A stretch of DNA of 64,000 bases, from positions 248,001 to 312,000 of the forward strand of contig AP026127.1 of NCBI GenBank assembly GCA_030295235.1, written 5' to 3'. Of this stretch, positions 1 through 13,252 are shown piece after piece. Both the position numbers and the translations under genes were made by a program. How positions within the stretch are numbered: the stretch's first letter is position 1; the number at the start of each line of letters is the position of its first letter. Below the pieces are notes generated by a model. It ran no database searches and was not told the DNA's origin. It saw only the letters and a list, made by a program, of their open reading frames with translations. Source of the DNA: Fistulifera solaris. Taxonomy: Eukaryota.

Positions 1-2708
1 GATCGCGACATCAAGGGCGGAAACTTGCCGCAATACGGAGGTGTCAAAGCAGAAGAAGCGATCGATATTTTTGAGGCTCTTCTAAAAGGTGACGACTCGT
101 TTCAAGCCATGGCTCTATTGGATCTCATGGAAGACTTGATGGAGGTCATTCACGATCAGTACGTCGTTTTGAAAGAGCGCTTGAGAGGGCTCACTCGTCA
201 AGACTCGAGTTGTATGCAGGTACTGATGGAAAGTGCCGTGGTGGCGAATTCGGCTATCGAATGTGTACAGCGTGCGGAGAATGAAATGATGATCGACCAT
301 CCCCACCTTTCGTCGTTTTCGCATGTCCTTACACTCGTATTTCTAGCGCAATTCATTGCCAAGATCAACAAGAGGATTGCAAAGACGAAGCTACAGGCCA
401 ATCCCCACATGGCGCTCGATTTTGTGGCAGAAGTGTTTGAGCACGCAATTTTGAATGGGACGTACAAGAACGATCTTAATGGCATCGTCAAGCGCTTTGT
501 GAAGAAATCGGGTCTAACAACAGACGTTGTGCAGCATTATGGGGAGATCATTCAAAATATCATTTGGACGGAGACCCCTACACAGTTCGAACAACGGATG
601 CAACCGGACTTTATGGCTGCCAATGCTGCCATTGGAAGGAAAACCGCACATGTGGCTATCTCAATATGTATACATCGGCGGTGATAGTTGCCTTCTGAAC
701 ACTCACAAGATTGTTCGGATGACGATGTATTCCCTCAAAAAAGAGAAAGGGAGAATGGGTGTCGCAGAGGCAGATTGGTTCGGAAAGCCGTTCGACGAAA
801 ACAAACGTCCTGCTCGTCGTATTCTCGGTGATCTTGATGAGCCGTTCATGAATGCCATTATTCCGGAGCTCGCAGCGATTTGTAGAATCGCGCCATTTGA
901 AACTTTGCCGAACCGGTCGCATTTGATTACAGTGATAGACCTGCTCCAACGTCAGGCAAAAGGCGACCCTACAAAACCGCTGCCTGTAGCTCTGACCTTC
1001 GGTCTACATGCTGTCCTTACGTCTATCTATGTTTTACAAGGCCAAGATGATTTGGCCCGTCTTGCCGCGAAATCAAAGCGGTCGTTTGATATGCTGTTCG
1101 AGCAACTCGAAGCGGTGGCGGATTGCAATAAAACACCAGGAAACTTTCCTAGATTTTACGAAAAGGTAAATGCCTTCATTGAAATCTCAGATTTTGCAAA
1201 GTCAATTTTTGCAGTCGAAGATGGTGACGTGGGGAAGGAAGAGGAACTCAAGAAAGCTACGATGATCGCGTTTTGGAATCCAGTCGTTGCAGGCGAATAC
1301 ATGTTGTACGCGACGTACATATGTTCAGTTAAATTGGGATCAGCAACTGTGGATTCGTCAGGGCAGTTGAAGTTCGCACTTCATTTACACAACGGCCTAA
1401 AGTTCCATGACCCAACGATAGACGTTCCATTCTTGCGGGCTGTGGATACAATTTTCAAAAATACGAAAGGAGTTTGGGTTGGTGGACGTCCAGACAAGGG
1501 GTCCTGTTACAAGGCCTTCTGGATGTCATTTGGAATGAGCGCCAATCAAGCTGCTCGTTTAGCCAACTCTGGACATTCCGACAATAAGGGTGTTTTCTTG
1601 AACGATTCGTCTAGATATTGGGTGCATGATACGAGGTAAGACGATTTGAATTGTATATTGCAAGAAAGGATTGCTTACCATTATGCCATCATGCTACGCT
1701 ACGCAGAGAGTTCGTAATTCATCCCGAAAATTTTAGTTCCTCGTATCGACGACTTGTTCTCCAAGATTTGGGTAGTGGGAACGTCAGTTCCTCAGCATCT
1801 GGAAAGCACAACAGCTTTTTAACTGACTTCATATCCAAAATCAGTGAAACTCATAAAGCTATGGACGACGATAAAGATGTTCTTCCGTTGAATTTCTCTG
1901 CCGTTGGGGCAATCTTGCTGGAGTTTGTCAACGCTCTAGCCGACCACATGGGCTGGTCGGCTGGTATCCAAGATTGTCTTCGTAACACTCGTGGGCTCCG
2001 TAGCGCACGAGACAAAGCGGTGAGCTCCTTCGATATGAATATTAAGTTTGAATGGTGGTTGCACAGCTGGGCTCATATTCTGTCGTCCGTTGACAACGGC
2101 AGCACTGAAAACTTAGAACCGGAATTCGATCTTGACAAAATAGCAGCATTTACCAAGTCCTTTTTGAGGAGATCAAGACAAGTCGCTACGCCTACTTTGT
2201 CGATGAAGAAGAGACTACTGAGGCCATCACTCCACGCAATCCTTTGGACGTATCGTATCCGTATGGACGAACTGGACGGACGCCATTGGATCCGCTGCAA
2301 GGGTACGCGTCTTATCACGAAAGCAAGTGCGGAAATCCGGTGTGGAGACTTGTTATTCCTGGCACTCTCGCTCCCCTACTTGAGGGCGTGATTGTGTACA
2401 ACGGTGAAAACAAGTTGAAACGAGGTCCTCGAGGAAAATACCGCCACATTGCGAGTTACAGCCTTCAAGAATTGATTGATTTGCAATGGGATGGTTCGCT
2501 TACGCGTTCTAAAACAGCGAAGGGATACTCCGTTCCTTTCATTCCTGGCTATGACTCGGACAGTGACGATGAATACGAACCAATTGATATTGAGCGTGGA
2601 AGGCGAGAGGGTACAATTGGCCTCTCTGATTCTCAAGTTGAATTGTACTTGTTAGTGCCCGGCCCTGGAGAGAACGGGGAGCCAACTTTGGTGCAAATTC
2701 TCAAATAG
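1..2708 (+). CDS. DUF6604-like protein, copy A (5' end lies outside the window)
   Basis: ORFs 25-684, 527-1639, 1651-2391 and 2244-2708 together are collinear with the 9335-12640 minus-strand gene. GT-AG intron 1636-1706 sits at the same position as in the paralog. 1-bp frameshifts fall in the A-run near 640 and the T-run near 2161. Confidence 0.75.
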
Positions 2709-3840
2709 AACAAGACAAGAAAAGCCATATATTCTGTAGTATCATTGCCATACTTGTAACCGGCCTATCGTAGCTTCACACGGATTTTCTTGTACTCTCT
2801 TGATCATGCACTTTTCTTCAGCATGCCTCATCAGCTTAGTTCAAGAAAAGTGGACGAAGATAGGTTCATTGCAGGAGATTATGCTGTGAAGAAGGAAATG
2901 ATCGCGTGTCAATGTTTTCTCCACTGAGTTCCTTCCTCGAGAATAGGGAGTCGAAAGCATCCCTAAAGATCATTTCAAGTCAACCAGCACCAAGTCTTGC
3001 CTCGAGATTTAAGCGAAACTTGCAAATCGAAAATTAGAGCAGCAACTTGCAAGGTTGGTGTAACTGAACGCTCCTGTACACGAGAAGGATTTTGTGACCA
3101 AACCCCTCTTACAAGCATTGTCTGCTCGCGCATCTCGCAATCGTAAAGACTTCTGAACCATGGTACAACTTCGAAAGTAGGTAAAATCGGTCGCTAAAGA
3201 GTCCGCTTAATTAACTCGGAAATGTTGTCGTCGTGGAGCACAAAATAACTTTCATCAACATACACCAGTTGATTATGATCGACAAGTCGAAAGGCGACTT
3301 CAAAATCGGTTGTCGATACCCTTAGACCTGCATGTGTAGATTCGGAACCAGATCTTGTCCATCGGCGTTTGAATCTTTTCCGTAATGGGTCTCTGTTTGT
3401 CTTTCGAAAGTACGAGACGTAGATGGAGCTACAAAGACGACCAAGGCGATCCAGCGAGCGTAGTAGAACGATGCTGCGGATTGATTAGTCGTCGTCTTTC
3501 ATATCGTTTACCAGGTATCCATGTAAATTGTTTAAGAGCGGTAGATTGATGTTCAGCAATGGCATTTGTTATTGTCAGTCTGAACGGCAACATCGCTCTC
3601 CGTACAATACCGAGTACTGGCTACAAATCAGATCATAGTCGATTAAATTAGAATATCTAGCAAACATTCTCCCTTTAACTATAATATGTCGAAATGTCGT
3701 ACAATGAACCAGGCCTCTATGTATCATTAATTTCGCACGCTGGCCGACATGCTTTGGCGAGGATCGATTTTTGGACCCTCTTTCTCTTTTTTCTCACAAA
3801 TCTACATCGAAACACAGAGTTTAAGCAAACAATTTCAACA

Positions 3841-4596
3841 ATGAAACGGCCACTTGTGTCTCCTGAAGAATGGGCAAAGTTTGTGAGGTTGCTCTACTCC
3901 GACCGAACTGGTGAACACATGGAAGACACCATCCGCAGGTTTTTGAAAGATCACCCCGACTGCGTCCATCGGACTTCCATGCAGTTTACTCCCTTATTTT
4001 ATGCGTGTCAATCCAACAACATTTGTCTGGCCAAGATTCTGTTAGAACTCGGTGCGAATGTCAACGAGGGATGGGTGGATTTCGATGGGGGCTCTCCACT
4101 ATTCGCGGCCGCGGAATCTGGAAATGTGGACGCTGTACAATTACTGATTGATCACGGAGTGAGCATTCACTCGATCATGAACTACGTTATACGTAACGAA
4201 AAAGTATTTGAATGCGGTACGACGGCACTCAAGACGCTGTTGAACGTCGCATCGGATGTAGATCTCGAGACTACATGGCACGATGCGGAGGGTGAAATGG
4301 TCCGAGGATCTTACTTACATCTTGCTTTAGCGGAAGGAAGTAGCTTATCCGCCAACCTACTGTTAGAGTGTGGTAAATTTGATGTGAATGCACTGGACTC
4401 TAGAGGAAACTCTGCTCTGCTTTTGGCTATATCAAACAAACTGTGCAACGGTCTTGTAAAAGACATATTACGAACCACGACGGATGTTGAATTCGCCAAC
4501 AGTTATGGTGAATATCCGCTCTCACTTGCCACTAAGAGAGCCGACATAAATGTAATCTTTGAGCTACTATCGGCACATCCTCATTTAATCTGTTGA
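3841..4596 (+). CDS. Ankyrin-repeat protein (local family member 1)
   Basis: Ankyrin motifs TPLFYAC..LLELGANVN, SPLFAAAESGNVDAVQLLIDHG and YLHLALAEG. Start taken at MKRPL by comparison with the 41725 paralog. Confidence 0.85.
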   Translation: MKRPLVSPEEWAKFVRLLYSDRTGEHMEDTIRRFLKDHPDCVHRTSMQFTPLFYACQSNNICLAKILLELGANVNEGWVDFDGGSPLFAAAESGNVDAVQLLIDHGVSIHSIMNYVIRNEKVFECGTTALKTLLNVASDVDLETTWHDAEGEMVRGSYLHLALAEGSSLSANLLLECGKFDVNALDSRGNSALLLAISNKLCNGLVKDILRTTTDVEFANSYGEYPLSLATKRADINVIFELLSAHPHLIC

Positions 4597-4676
4597 TAAC
4601 AAATACAAAATAAAAGCAAATTTTAAGGCTAATCAGCGATCAATCGAGAAGAGTAATCAGCAACCGAGTATCAAAG

Positions 4677-6624
4677 TTATGAAGCGGCTTCAGCTAATTG
4701 TGCATGGATGTAGGATTCAAATTCGTGACACGCTCCGATGACGCCTGATTTAGACGAATCGGCAATAAGATCATCTCCATGAACGAAACGAACAGTCATG
4801 TCTAGCAGTTTCTCCAATGGCTGCTCGTGATGCACCGGACCTTCCTGTATGGCGCGGTTGTAGTTGGCTTCTTCTTTCGCAATTTTGTCCTCAAGTGGCT
4901 CTCTCAACTTTTTGACCCACGCATCACCGGTCAAAGGTTTTCCCGTCAATTCGTGCACCAGTTCCAGGAATGGTTTCGAGTTACCGGCGTTCCAGTAGGC
5001 TGTCGTCAACGTCGGTCCAACCTCAGGATTGTCTACAATGTAGCCGTATTTCTCCAAGAAAAAATCTCGGGTTTGGTATACTGCCATTTCTGCCATTGTG
5101 TATCCGTGATAGTAGCAACTGGCCTCGTCGCTGACGAGATGAGGAACACTCAACAACGGCCGAGGGCTGAGTCCTCCTTGAATTGTCAACTCAATTTGAT
5201 CCGCTAATTTTTCTATTGACTCTTCCGTGAGCTCCTCTTCGGGAAGTTCATAAAGCGCCTTTTCAAAGTACGACACGGCCAGCATAGCTCTCAAAGGAAA
5301 AACAGCAAAGGGATGTGTCGCTTCGATATTCTCCTTCAGAATATCAAAAGGGATAACTTCGGACGTTTTCGCATGTTTCGCGTATTTGGCATTCCACGCG
5401 GAGTCTTCGAGTAAACTATCCAGAAACATCGACTGTGTTTCAGCGTACGCAACGCTCGTAGGAGCTCGTTCTTGGCTAAAGAGAGGACTGGGCTGGACCA
5501 CATTCGCGAAGTGAGCCGCATGTCCCGCTTCGTGCAAGAGCGTTTTTAACGCGGTATGGCCACTTCCCACAGCTGTCGGGTCGGCCAATGACGTGAAATT
5601 GGCCACACTGGGCTGCCATGTATTATCACTCTTTTGCCACGCTGGTTGGGGCCAATGGCAGAATCCGTTGCTGTATTTCTGCGGCCGATCCAAGAGATCT
5701 AAATTAATGGTCGCCCCTTTGTACGAAATACCGAGAGCCGCATAGGATTTGACGTAACGCTCCACACTCGCGGCAAACGGGAAATAGGGATCCATCTTGG
5801 CTACAACACTGCCTGCCATTTTGTAGCTCATATTCCACGGTTCGGCGGCGTCGGGTCCGTATTTCTCCACCAAATCCTTGCGTGCTTGTTCCAAAATGGA
5901 CCGGGTACCCTGCTCCAAAGTATCCAATATTTCAAAGAGACGATCTTTTCCGAAACCCTCTGCATTGGTTACTTTGTAGTCTTTAGAGAATGTAATACTG
6001 TGAGCATGACTCTCGACTTTAGCCTTTGATCTGACACACGTCGCACGTACCATAGTAATCAACAAAACCCAAACTTTTGGCCAGACGATTGCGCAGTTTG
6101 ATGATTTCTACAAACCCGTGAGAAAGTACAAACGGCCCGATTGATCGTAGGCCTTCATAGGCAGCACGACGAACCGTTTCCTCGTCGGCCGTCCGCAAAA
6201 GGTTCCGCAATTTCACGGAAGATGCCTCCGCAAACGTCCCATCGTCCAACAAGTATCCCAATTTCATGGTATTACGAGCCATTTCTAAAGAGCTTTCGAT
6301 TTGACTCGTTTCACGTCGAATCGCTGCCGCTTCGTCGTTCATTTGATAACACTGACACGTTCGAATAATAATATCGAGTGTTTTGATTAAGAGGTCGTCG
6401 TCGGTCAACTGGGAACGCAGTTCTTGAGCCTTCTCTAAAACTGCCTTATCTTGCAGCAACGCTTCCATTTCCGTCTTGGTGCGCGTCAGTTCTTCCGCTG
6501 AATATCGAGCACCGTTCAAAGCCATTTTGGTGCCCCAAAATTGCTCTTCAAAGGCGCGATGCCGCGTTTCGTAGTCGGCATTGAATTTGTCAACGAATTC
6601 GCGCGCCTCCACTGCTGCTGTCAT
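4677..6624 (-). CDS. M3-family metallo-oligopeptidase (oligoendopeptidase)
   Basis: HExxH zinc motif (TLLHEAGH) and downstream AETQSMF. Two exons joined across GT-AG intron 5981-6050, reading GFVDYY-D-YKV. Confidence 0.9.
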
Positions 6625-7226
6625 GCTGATTTCCCCTGAAAATAAAGTGCAAATAATAATTACTGTAGAATACCGTAACATAATTATTTTTGTGCTGTCG
6701 AAGTCGGTCGAGAGGTGAACGCGAAATAGGAGCGAAAAGAGCCTGCGCTAAGCAGGAAACAACATTTCATCGCTCCGATATTTTTTTGATTTGCTAGGGA
6801 GAGAAGAGGCTGGAGCTCAAGGAAATTAGTGTCACAAATGAATCGTAATGGAAAGCCATCTAAATTCATCTATCACACGAGAAGAATCAACGTCACGCAG
6901 CACTTTCTTTTCATTTCCTATGCACGCCATTAACTCATCAGCAATGAAAACCATCATCTAAAGAAAATAGCGTGCTGTACTGTGCTCTAAACGTCGAGGA
7001 CTGGCACCCTCCAGTAGACACTTCGACCCCTAAATATTTGATGATTTGAAACCTACTGGTTATACGTGTTGATAGCATTTTGAACCCTAATATGCTACCT
7101 CACATGCTATCCAAAAGTACATTTTTGCGCAACTTGTAATCTGTTCAATTTAAGTCCGTTGATGCTAAACAAAGAACTAGAAGCTTGTTTTGATCCAGGA
7201 GAACAATCGTATACCCCCAAGTGATA

Positions 7227-7701
7227 CAGCTGGGATTCGATCGTCATTACACCATGTACACCTCGTAGAAAATGTACCAGAGAGTTTACGAAAAATTTTA
7301 CTGTATAACTTTACGTACAAATTTCCCATTTTCATGTTCATTTTTATCTTTCATGAAAACTTCGAATGAAAAAGATAATTATGTAGATAGATTCAGAATT
7401 TTGAGAGCTACAAAATATGTTTTTCGATCCGCGAACTGAGCCTTCTTTCGCGTACTACAAAAATATCCATATTCTTCGTCAAATAAGGCCCAGTTCGCGG
7501 ATCGAAAAACTTATTTTGTAGCTCTCAAAATTCTGAATCTATCTATATAATTATCTTATTCATCCGAAGTTTTTATGATAGATAAAAATAAGCATGAAAA
7601 TGGGAAATTTGTACGTAAAATTATACAGTAAAATCTTTGTGGACCCTCTGGTACATTTTCTACGAGGTGTACATGGTGTAATGACGAACGAATCCCAGCT
7701 G
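7227..7701. mobile_element. Foldback MITE, Tc1/mariner-like (MITE-1)
   Basis: About 215-bp imperfect inverted arms (CAGCTGGGATTCG...CGAATCCCAGCTG) around a ~45-bp spacer. TA on both sides (7225-7226, 7702-7703). No transposase ORF. Confidence 0.9.
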
Positions 7702-9334
7702 TAGGTGAAAATGACGTGCTCGCGACACAAAACAAGTTTCGTCCGCACGTTTTGTCAAAAAAATTTCACACCCCAAACCGGTATCGGATATACATTTTAG
7801 CTCACACTATCTGTCTATCCGGTTTCACTAAAACGTGAATTTCTCGCCAAAATCTGAAAATGACCGAAAGAATACATGCGCCGACAAGCTTCAAAACAGC
7901 ACCGTGCGGCCATGAAGACGACGGTCCCTTGGCAGCCGTGCGTCCTTTTGATCACAGGAGGACGCTGAATCCTTTCTCGTCAGACGAAAATCTATGAATG
8001 ACTGTTGCATTTGCTGAGCGAAAGCAGCGTTGACGCTTTGACCACGTCGTCGAGGCATCGCCAACATGAAAGGCCAACAGAATGAATTTGTGTGTCACAG
8101 TCAAAGCCTACAGTTTATTGCAACATTTGCTGTAATGAGAATAACCGGTATACAAGATCTGACTGTGAAAATGAAAGCAGAAGACGGTGAGACGAGTCCA
8201 CACGGCGCAAATGATACTCGCTCAGCGCAATTCGTATTATAAAGAACGTCTTGACTTCCTTTACACCTTGAATCAACGCAACTGCTTCCGTCTCATCAGC
8301 TTTTCTTACGGTTACTCTATGCTTCGACAAAAAGTAAGCGAGATCTATGTGATTGTGGATAAAAGAAGTCGGCAATTTACTTCTCGTAGGTGAGACCGAA
8401 GCACTCGTGAAATTTCTCATTTCATCATCCAGCGCTCATAAGAAGAAACAATTGCCGTGGTTCGTTTGCACATTCAAACCGTTTAAACACGGTTAAACTA
8501 ACTCATAGAATAATTTGGAGGAAAAGAGGTGGTAGCAACATGAGAGTCGGCTTAAACTGAAGTAGCAATTTTCAGCGGCACGTCGCGCAGCTTTTCGAGT
8601 ATGAATGTCGCGCTTTTTCGTCGGAAGTACATGATGTATTACTAAAAAAGCATTTTAGCCATTAACAATAAATCTATGGCCTTAAAAGCAGTTTGAAAGC
8701 GCAAAATGCATGAAGTCTAAATAGACTTCACTCGGAAAGAACGTTTAATAGTAGATGAGAGCAGAATTGTGCTTTTAACATTCTTTCCCAATCAAGGACT
8801 GCGTATTTTAAAAGTAGATAGTAGTAGGAACTGAATTGGAGAGCGATCTGGACAGGAGTTGACTCGTCCCAAGAGTCACGACCTAGGAAATTTGATAGCA
8901 TTTTACATCGAACAGTTTCTTTGATACGAAAGCCACGATTTCCTGTCCCGTGAATAGCCCAGGTTTGCCTTTACACCCAACAGACTTAGACAGAAAGTTT
9001 CCTGTCCTTATAGCCTTTAATTCATGTTTTATGTCACTTTCAACGCAAGTTTTAGCTAATATGCTATCCCATATGCTATCCCTTTCGGGGCACCTCAACT
9101 TTTGACACCGACGTCGTATCGAGCCTATTCTTGTTTCTATAAATCAAGCTCAATAAGAAGTTTTATTATATTGAAAAACAAAAGCAATCCGACATGTTTT
9201 CGAAAAGTTATGGTATCGCAAAAATAGTGAAAATGGATAGCATATGATATTCTACTACCAACACGTATAACCACTACAATAGTGACATGTAGAATGTGGT
9301 ATATTGATTGCAATTTCTTTTCTCTTCTAGACTA

Positions 9335-12300
9335 TTATTTGGCAAGTTGCACCACAGCTGGCGCTCCGTTCACTCGGACACCATCGGGCGTCAACACATA
9401 CAAACCAACAGAGCTGCCGATTGTGCCCTCTCGCTTTGCACGCTCAATATCAATCGGTTCGTATTCATCGTCACTCTCTGAGTCGTAGCCATGAATAAAT
9501 GGAACGGGGAGCCCCCCTGCCGTTTTTGAAAGGTAAAGTGAACCATCCCAATTCAAATCAATCAATTCTTGGAGACTGTAGCTCGCAATGTGACGGCACT
9601 TTCCTCGAGGGCCACGTTTCATCTTGTTCTCGCCATTGTACACGTACGTACCACTGATTGGCGGAGCAAGACTTCCTGGAATAATATATCTGTGCATCCA
9701 ATTTCCGCGCCTGTTACGACGGCAAAACTTGTACGCTTGGAGCGGATCATTTGGTGTCCGTCCAGTTCGTCCATACGGATACGATACTTCCAAAGGATTG
9801 CGCGGAGTGACGGTCTCAACAGTCTCTTCTTCATCAACAAAGAAAGCGTAGCGACTTGGCTTTATTCCGTCAAAAAAGGACTCGGTGATTGCTGCTATTT
9901 TGTCCAAATCAAATTCAGGTGCTAAGTTTTCAGTAGTTCCTTTGTCAATGGACGACAGAATATGAGCCAAGCTGTGCAACATCCAACGAAACTTCATGTT
10001 CACGTCGAAAACGTTGAGTGCCTTTTCTCGTGCGACGAGAAGCGCGGGAGTGTTTCTAACGGATTCTTGCATCTTAGCCGACAAGCCCATATGTTCGATC
10101 AGGGCATTCACAAACTCCAACAAGATGGACCCGACGACAGTAAAGTTCAATGGAAGTACATGATCTTTGTCGTCATTAATCGATTCTTGAACGACACTGA
10201 TTCTAGATCGAAGGTCAGATACAAAGCTGTCGTGTTTTCCGGTAGAAGTGTTGTTTACGCTACCAAAATCTTGAAGAACAAGGCGTCGATACGAGGAACT
10301 AAATGATTCCGGGCGGATTGCCGAATCGCTGCGTAGCATTTTGACACAAGAGGATCAGCAAGCACCTTTTTCTTGTAAACACTGGACAAACAAAACTTAC
10401 CTCAACTCCTTTGTCCAATTTTTGGGCTCATCTAAGAAACGCTGTATATTATCTTCGTGTCCCGAGGTGACTAAGCGAGAAGCTTGGCTGGCACTCATAC
10501 CAAATGACATCCAAAACGCCTTGTAGCACGATCCTTTACCGGCCTTCCCGCCAACCCAGACTGCTTTTGCATCCATGAACGTCGTATCCAAAGTCCGCAG
10601 AAAAGGAACATCCACTTTCGGGTTGTGAAGTTTTAGGCCATTGTATAAATGAAGTGCGAGCTTCAGCTGCCCAGTGGAATTAACCGTGATTGATCCAAAG
10701 TTGATGGAGCATATGTACGTCACGTACAACATATACTCGCCGGCAATGAGAGGATTCCAGAAGGCAAGCATCACAGCTTTCTTTTGTTCTTCTAGTTGTT
10801 GAACGTCATCGTCCTTGAAAAAATAACAGGACTTGGCACATTTGGAGATTTCGCTAAACGCACGGACGAAGTCGTAGAATTTAGGAAGGAAACCAGGTGT
10901 TCTGTTGCGATCCGCCACAGTGTTCAATTGCTCAAACATCATATCGAACGACTGCTTTGCGCTCGAAGCTAGACGGGACAGATCGCCTTGGCCTTGTAGG
11001 ACATAGATAGACGTTGCGATGGCATGAAAACCGAAGGTCGAAGCAACAGGCACCGGCTTTGTTGGGTCACTTTTTACTTGACGATGGAGCAGGTCAATCA
11101 ATGTAATCAAGTATGACCGGTTTGGCAAAGTCTCAAAGGGAGCGAGTTTGCAAATAGCTGCAAGTTCCGGGATAATAGAGCTCAGAAATGGTTCATCAAG
11201 ATCGCCCAATATGCGACGCGCGGGACGTTTATTCTCGTCAAACGGCGTTCCCAACAATTCTGGGTCAATAACAGCCATTCTTCCTTTGTGCTTTGTACTG
11301 CAGAACATCAACATCATCCGAACAATCTTGTGCGTGTTCAAAAGGCAACGTTCGCCTCCAATATGATGATAGAAAGAGAGCCAAATATGCGGTTTCAATC
11401 CCATCGCAGCATGTACTTTCATAAGAAGCGAATTTTGTCGTTGCTCGAACTCCAGAAAGGTCTCCGTCCAAATGATATTTTGAATGATCTCCCCATAATG
11501 CTGCACAACGTCTGTTGTTAGACCCGATTTCTTCACAAAGCGCTTGACGATGCCATTAAGATCGTTCTTGTACGTCCCATTCAAAATTGCGTGCTCAAAC
11601 ACTTCTGCCACAAAATCGAGCGCCATGTGGGGATTGGCCTGTAGCTTCGTCTTTGCAATCCTCTTGTTGATCTTGGCAATGAATTGCGCTAGAAATACGA
11701 GTGTAAGGACATGCGAAAACGACGAAAGGTGGGGATGGTCGATCATCATTTCATTCTCCGCACGCTGTACACATTCGATAGCCGAATTCGCCACCACGGC
11801 ACTTTCCATCAGTACCTGCATACAACTCGAGTCTTGACGAGTGAGCCCTCTCATGCGCTCTTTCAAAACGACGTACTGATCGTGAATGACCTCCATCAAG
11901 TCTTCCATGAGATCCAATAGAGCCATGGCTTGAAACGAGTCGTCACCTTTTAGAAGAGCCTCAAAAATATCGATCGCTTCTTCTGCTTTGACACCTCCGT
12001 ATTGCGGCAAGTTTCCGCCCTTGATGTCGCGATCAATATCGGCCCAGTCAACGTCTTCTTCCTCTTCCTCATCATCGTCGAGCGTCAACGCATGAAACCG
12101 GCCGCCTATCGCCACCTGTTCTTCACCGTCGCCTTCGTTCTTCGCTTTGCAAACAGCCGCAATACGATTCCCGAACCGCAATGCGCATCGACAGTACTCC
12201 AACACATCAATGATGTAACGGTGTCCGAGATCGCCTCCGTCTTTCGACCCAAACATTCGTGTCGTTACCCGCTCCCGCAAACGAATGCTCACTGTCAAGC

Positions 12301-12640
12301 TCGCCATGATCTCAGGTGGAGCCACAATTAGGGATGAGTCTATCATACTTTCATCCGTTGCCATGTACAACTTCATATTGTGATTCACAACGAAATCGAC
12401 ACCTTTGCGATAGTCGTCGACCGCCGACATGCGGAGCCCGGGACACGCGACTTGGGTCATCCAATTATGAAAGCGCAACGTCGCTTCCTTGTACTTTTGA
12501 TGATATCCTACGCCAGTATGTTTCACAGTTTCTTGAAGTTTCATGCGCTGTTTGCCGTGTGTTGCGGCGGGGATTCGCGGGACTGGCGTTGGCTTGTTAT
12601 TGCTTTTGCCCTTGCTTGGGCGCCCTTTCTTGGGAGCCAT
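9335..12640 (-). CDS. DUF6604-like protein, copy B (intact, about 1080 aa)
   Basis: N-terminal YHQKYKEATLRFHNWM...IRLRERV...GHRYIIDVLE resembles the DUF6604 signature. Intron 10329-10400 (GTAAGT...GCAG) joins the 747-aa and 334-aa ORFs. Confidence 0.8.
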
Positions 12641-13252
12641 TTTTCAGATTTACTTCAAAAATAGGTTGAGAACGGAAGTGCAAAAGTAAATGTTCAATAA
12701 AAAGAGCTCTCCGTGCTCTCTTGATGATTGTGAAGAATGACAAGAGACGGCAAAGTTTTTCAGCGAAAGATCATGCGTCGGGTCGAGGGCGGGAAATATC
12801 TCGAGAGGAGGCCGCCCACCCCCGAAAATCTGTCGGAGCGGTCGGCCGCCTCCTCCGTCGGGCCGCGCTTCGCGCCATAGTCTTTGTACGGAATGAGTGA
12901 AGGCAATTGGAGAATTGTTGAGAGGGAGGCAAGCATTGTTTTTGATCACACTTAGGCATTCTACGGAAAGCGAAGATTTTTATTTATTGTGTCAAACGCC
13001 GCCTCTCCTTTTTCGTCGCGGCGGGCGTGTGGGAAAATTGGCTATACGCAATGAAGTATTAAGCCGTGTCTGAGCGGTTTAATTGTTTGCTAGTTGCTAG
13101 GGCGACGCTTTTATAGTAAGTTGACGAGGCTCTACTAGTCTATGAGTTTCATGCGTTCTCTAGGACATTAAAATAGACCAACTTCTGAAGGTCAGACTGC
13201 TGCGGTAAATCGAGTCAATACTTACTTGATCTACCAATCTATCTTTCTACAA

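Noticed and set aside
7800..9100. Short ORFs as a possible transposase relic
   Set aside because: No DDE/DDD or other TE protein motif recognisable in the translations.
12770..12880. GC-rich patch with an E2F-like GCGGGAAA upstream of the DUF6604-like gene
   Set aside because: A single 8-mer is expected by chance, and there is no independent support.
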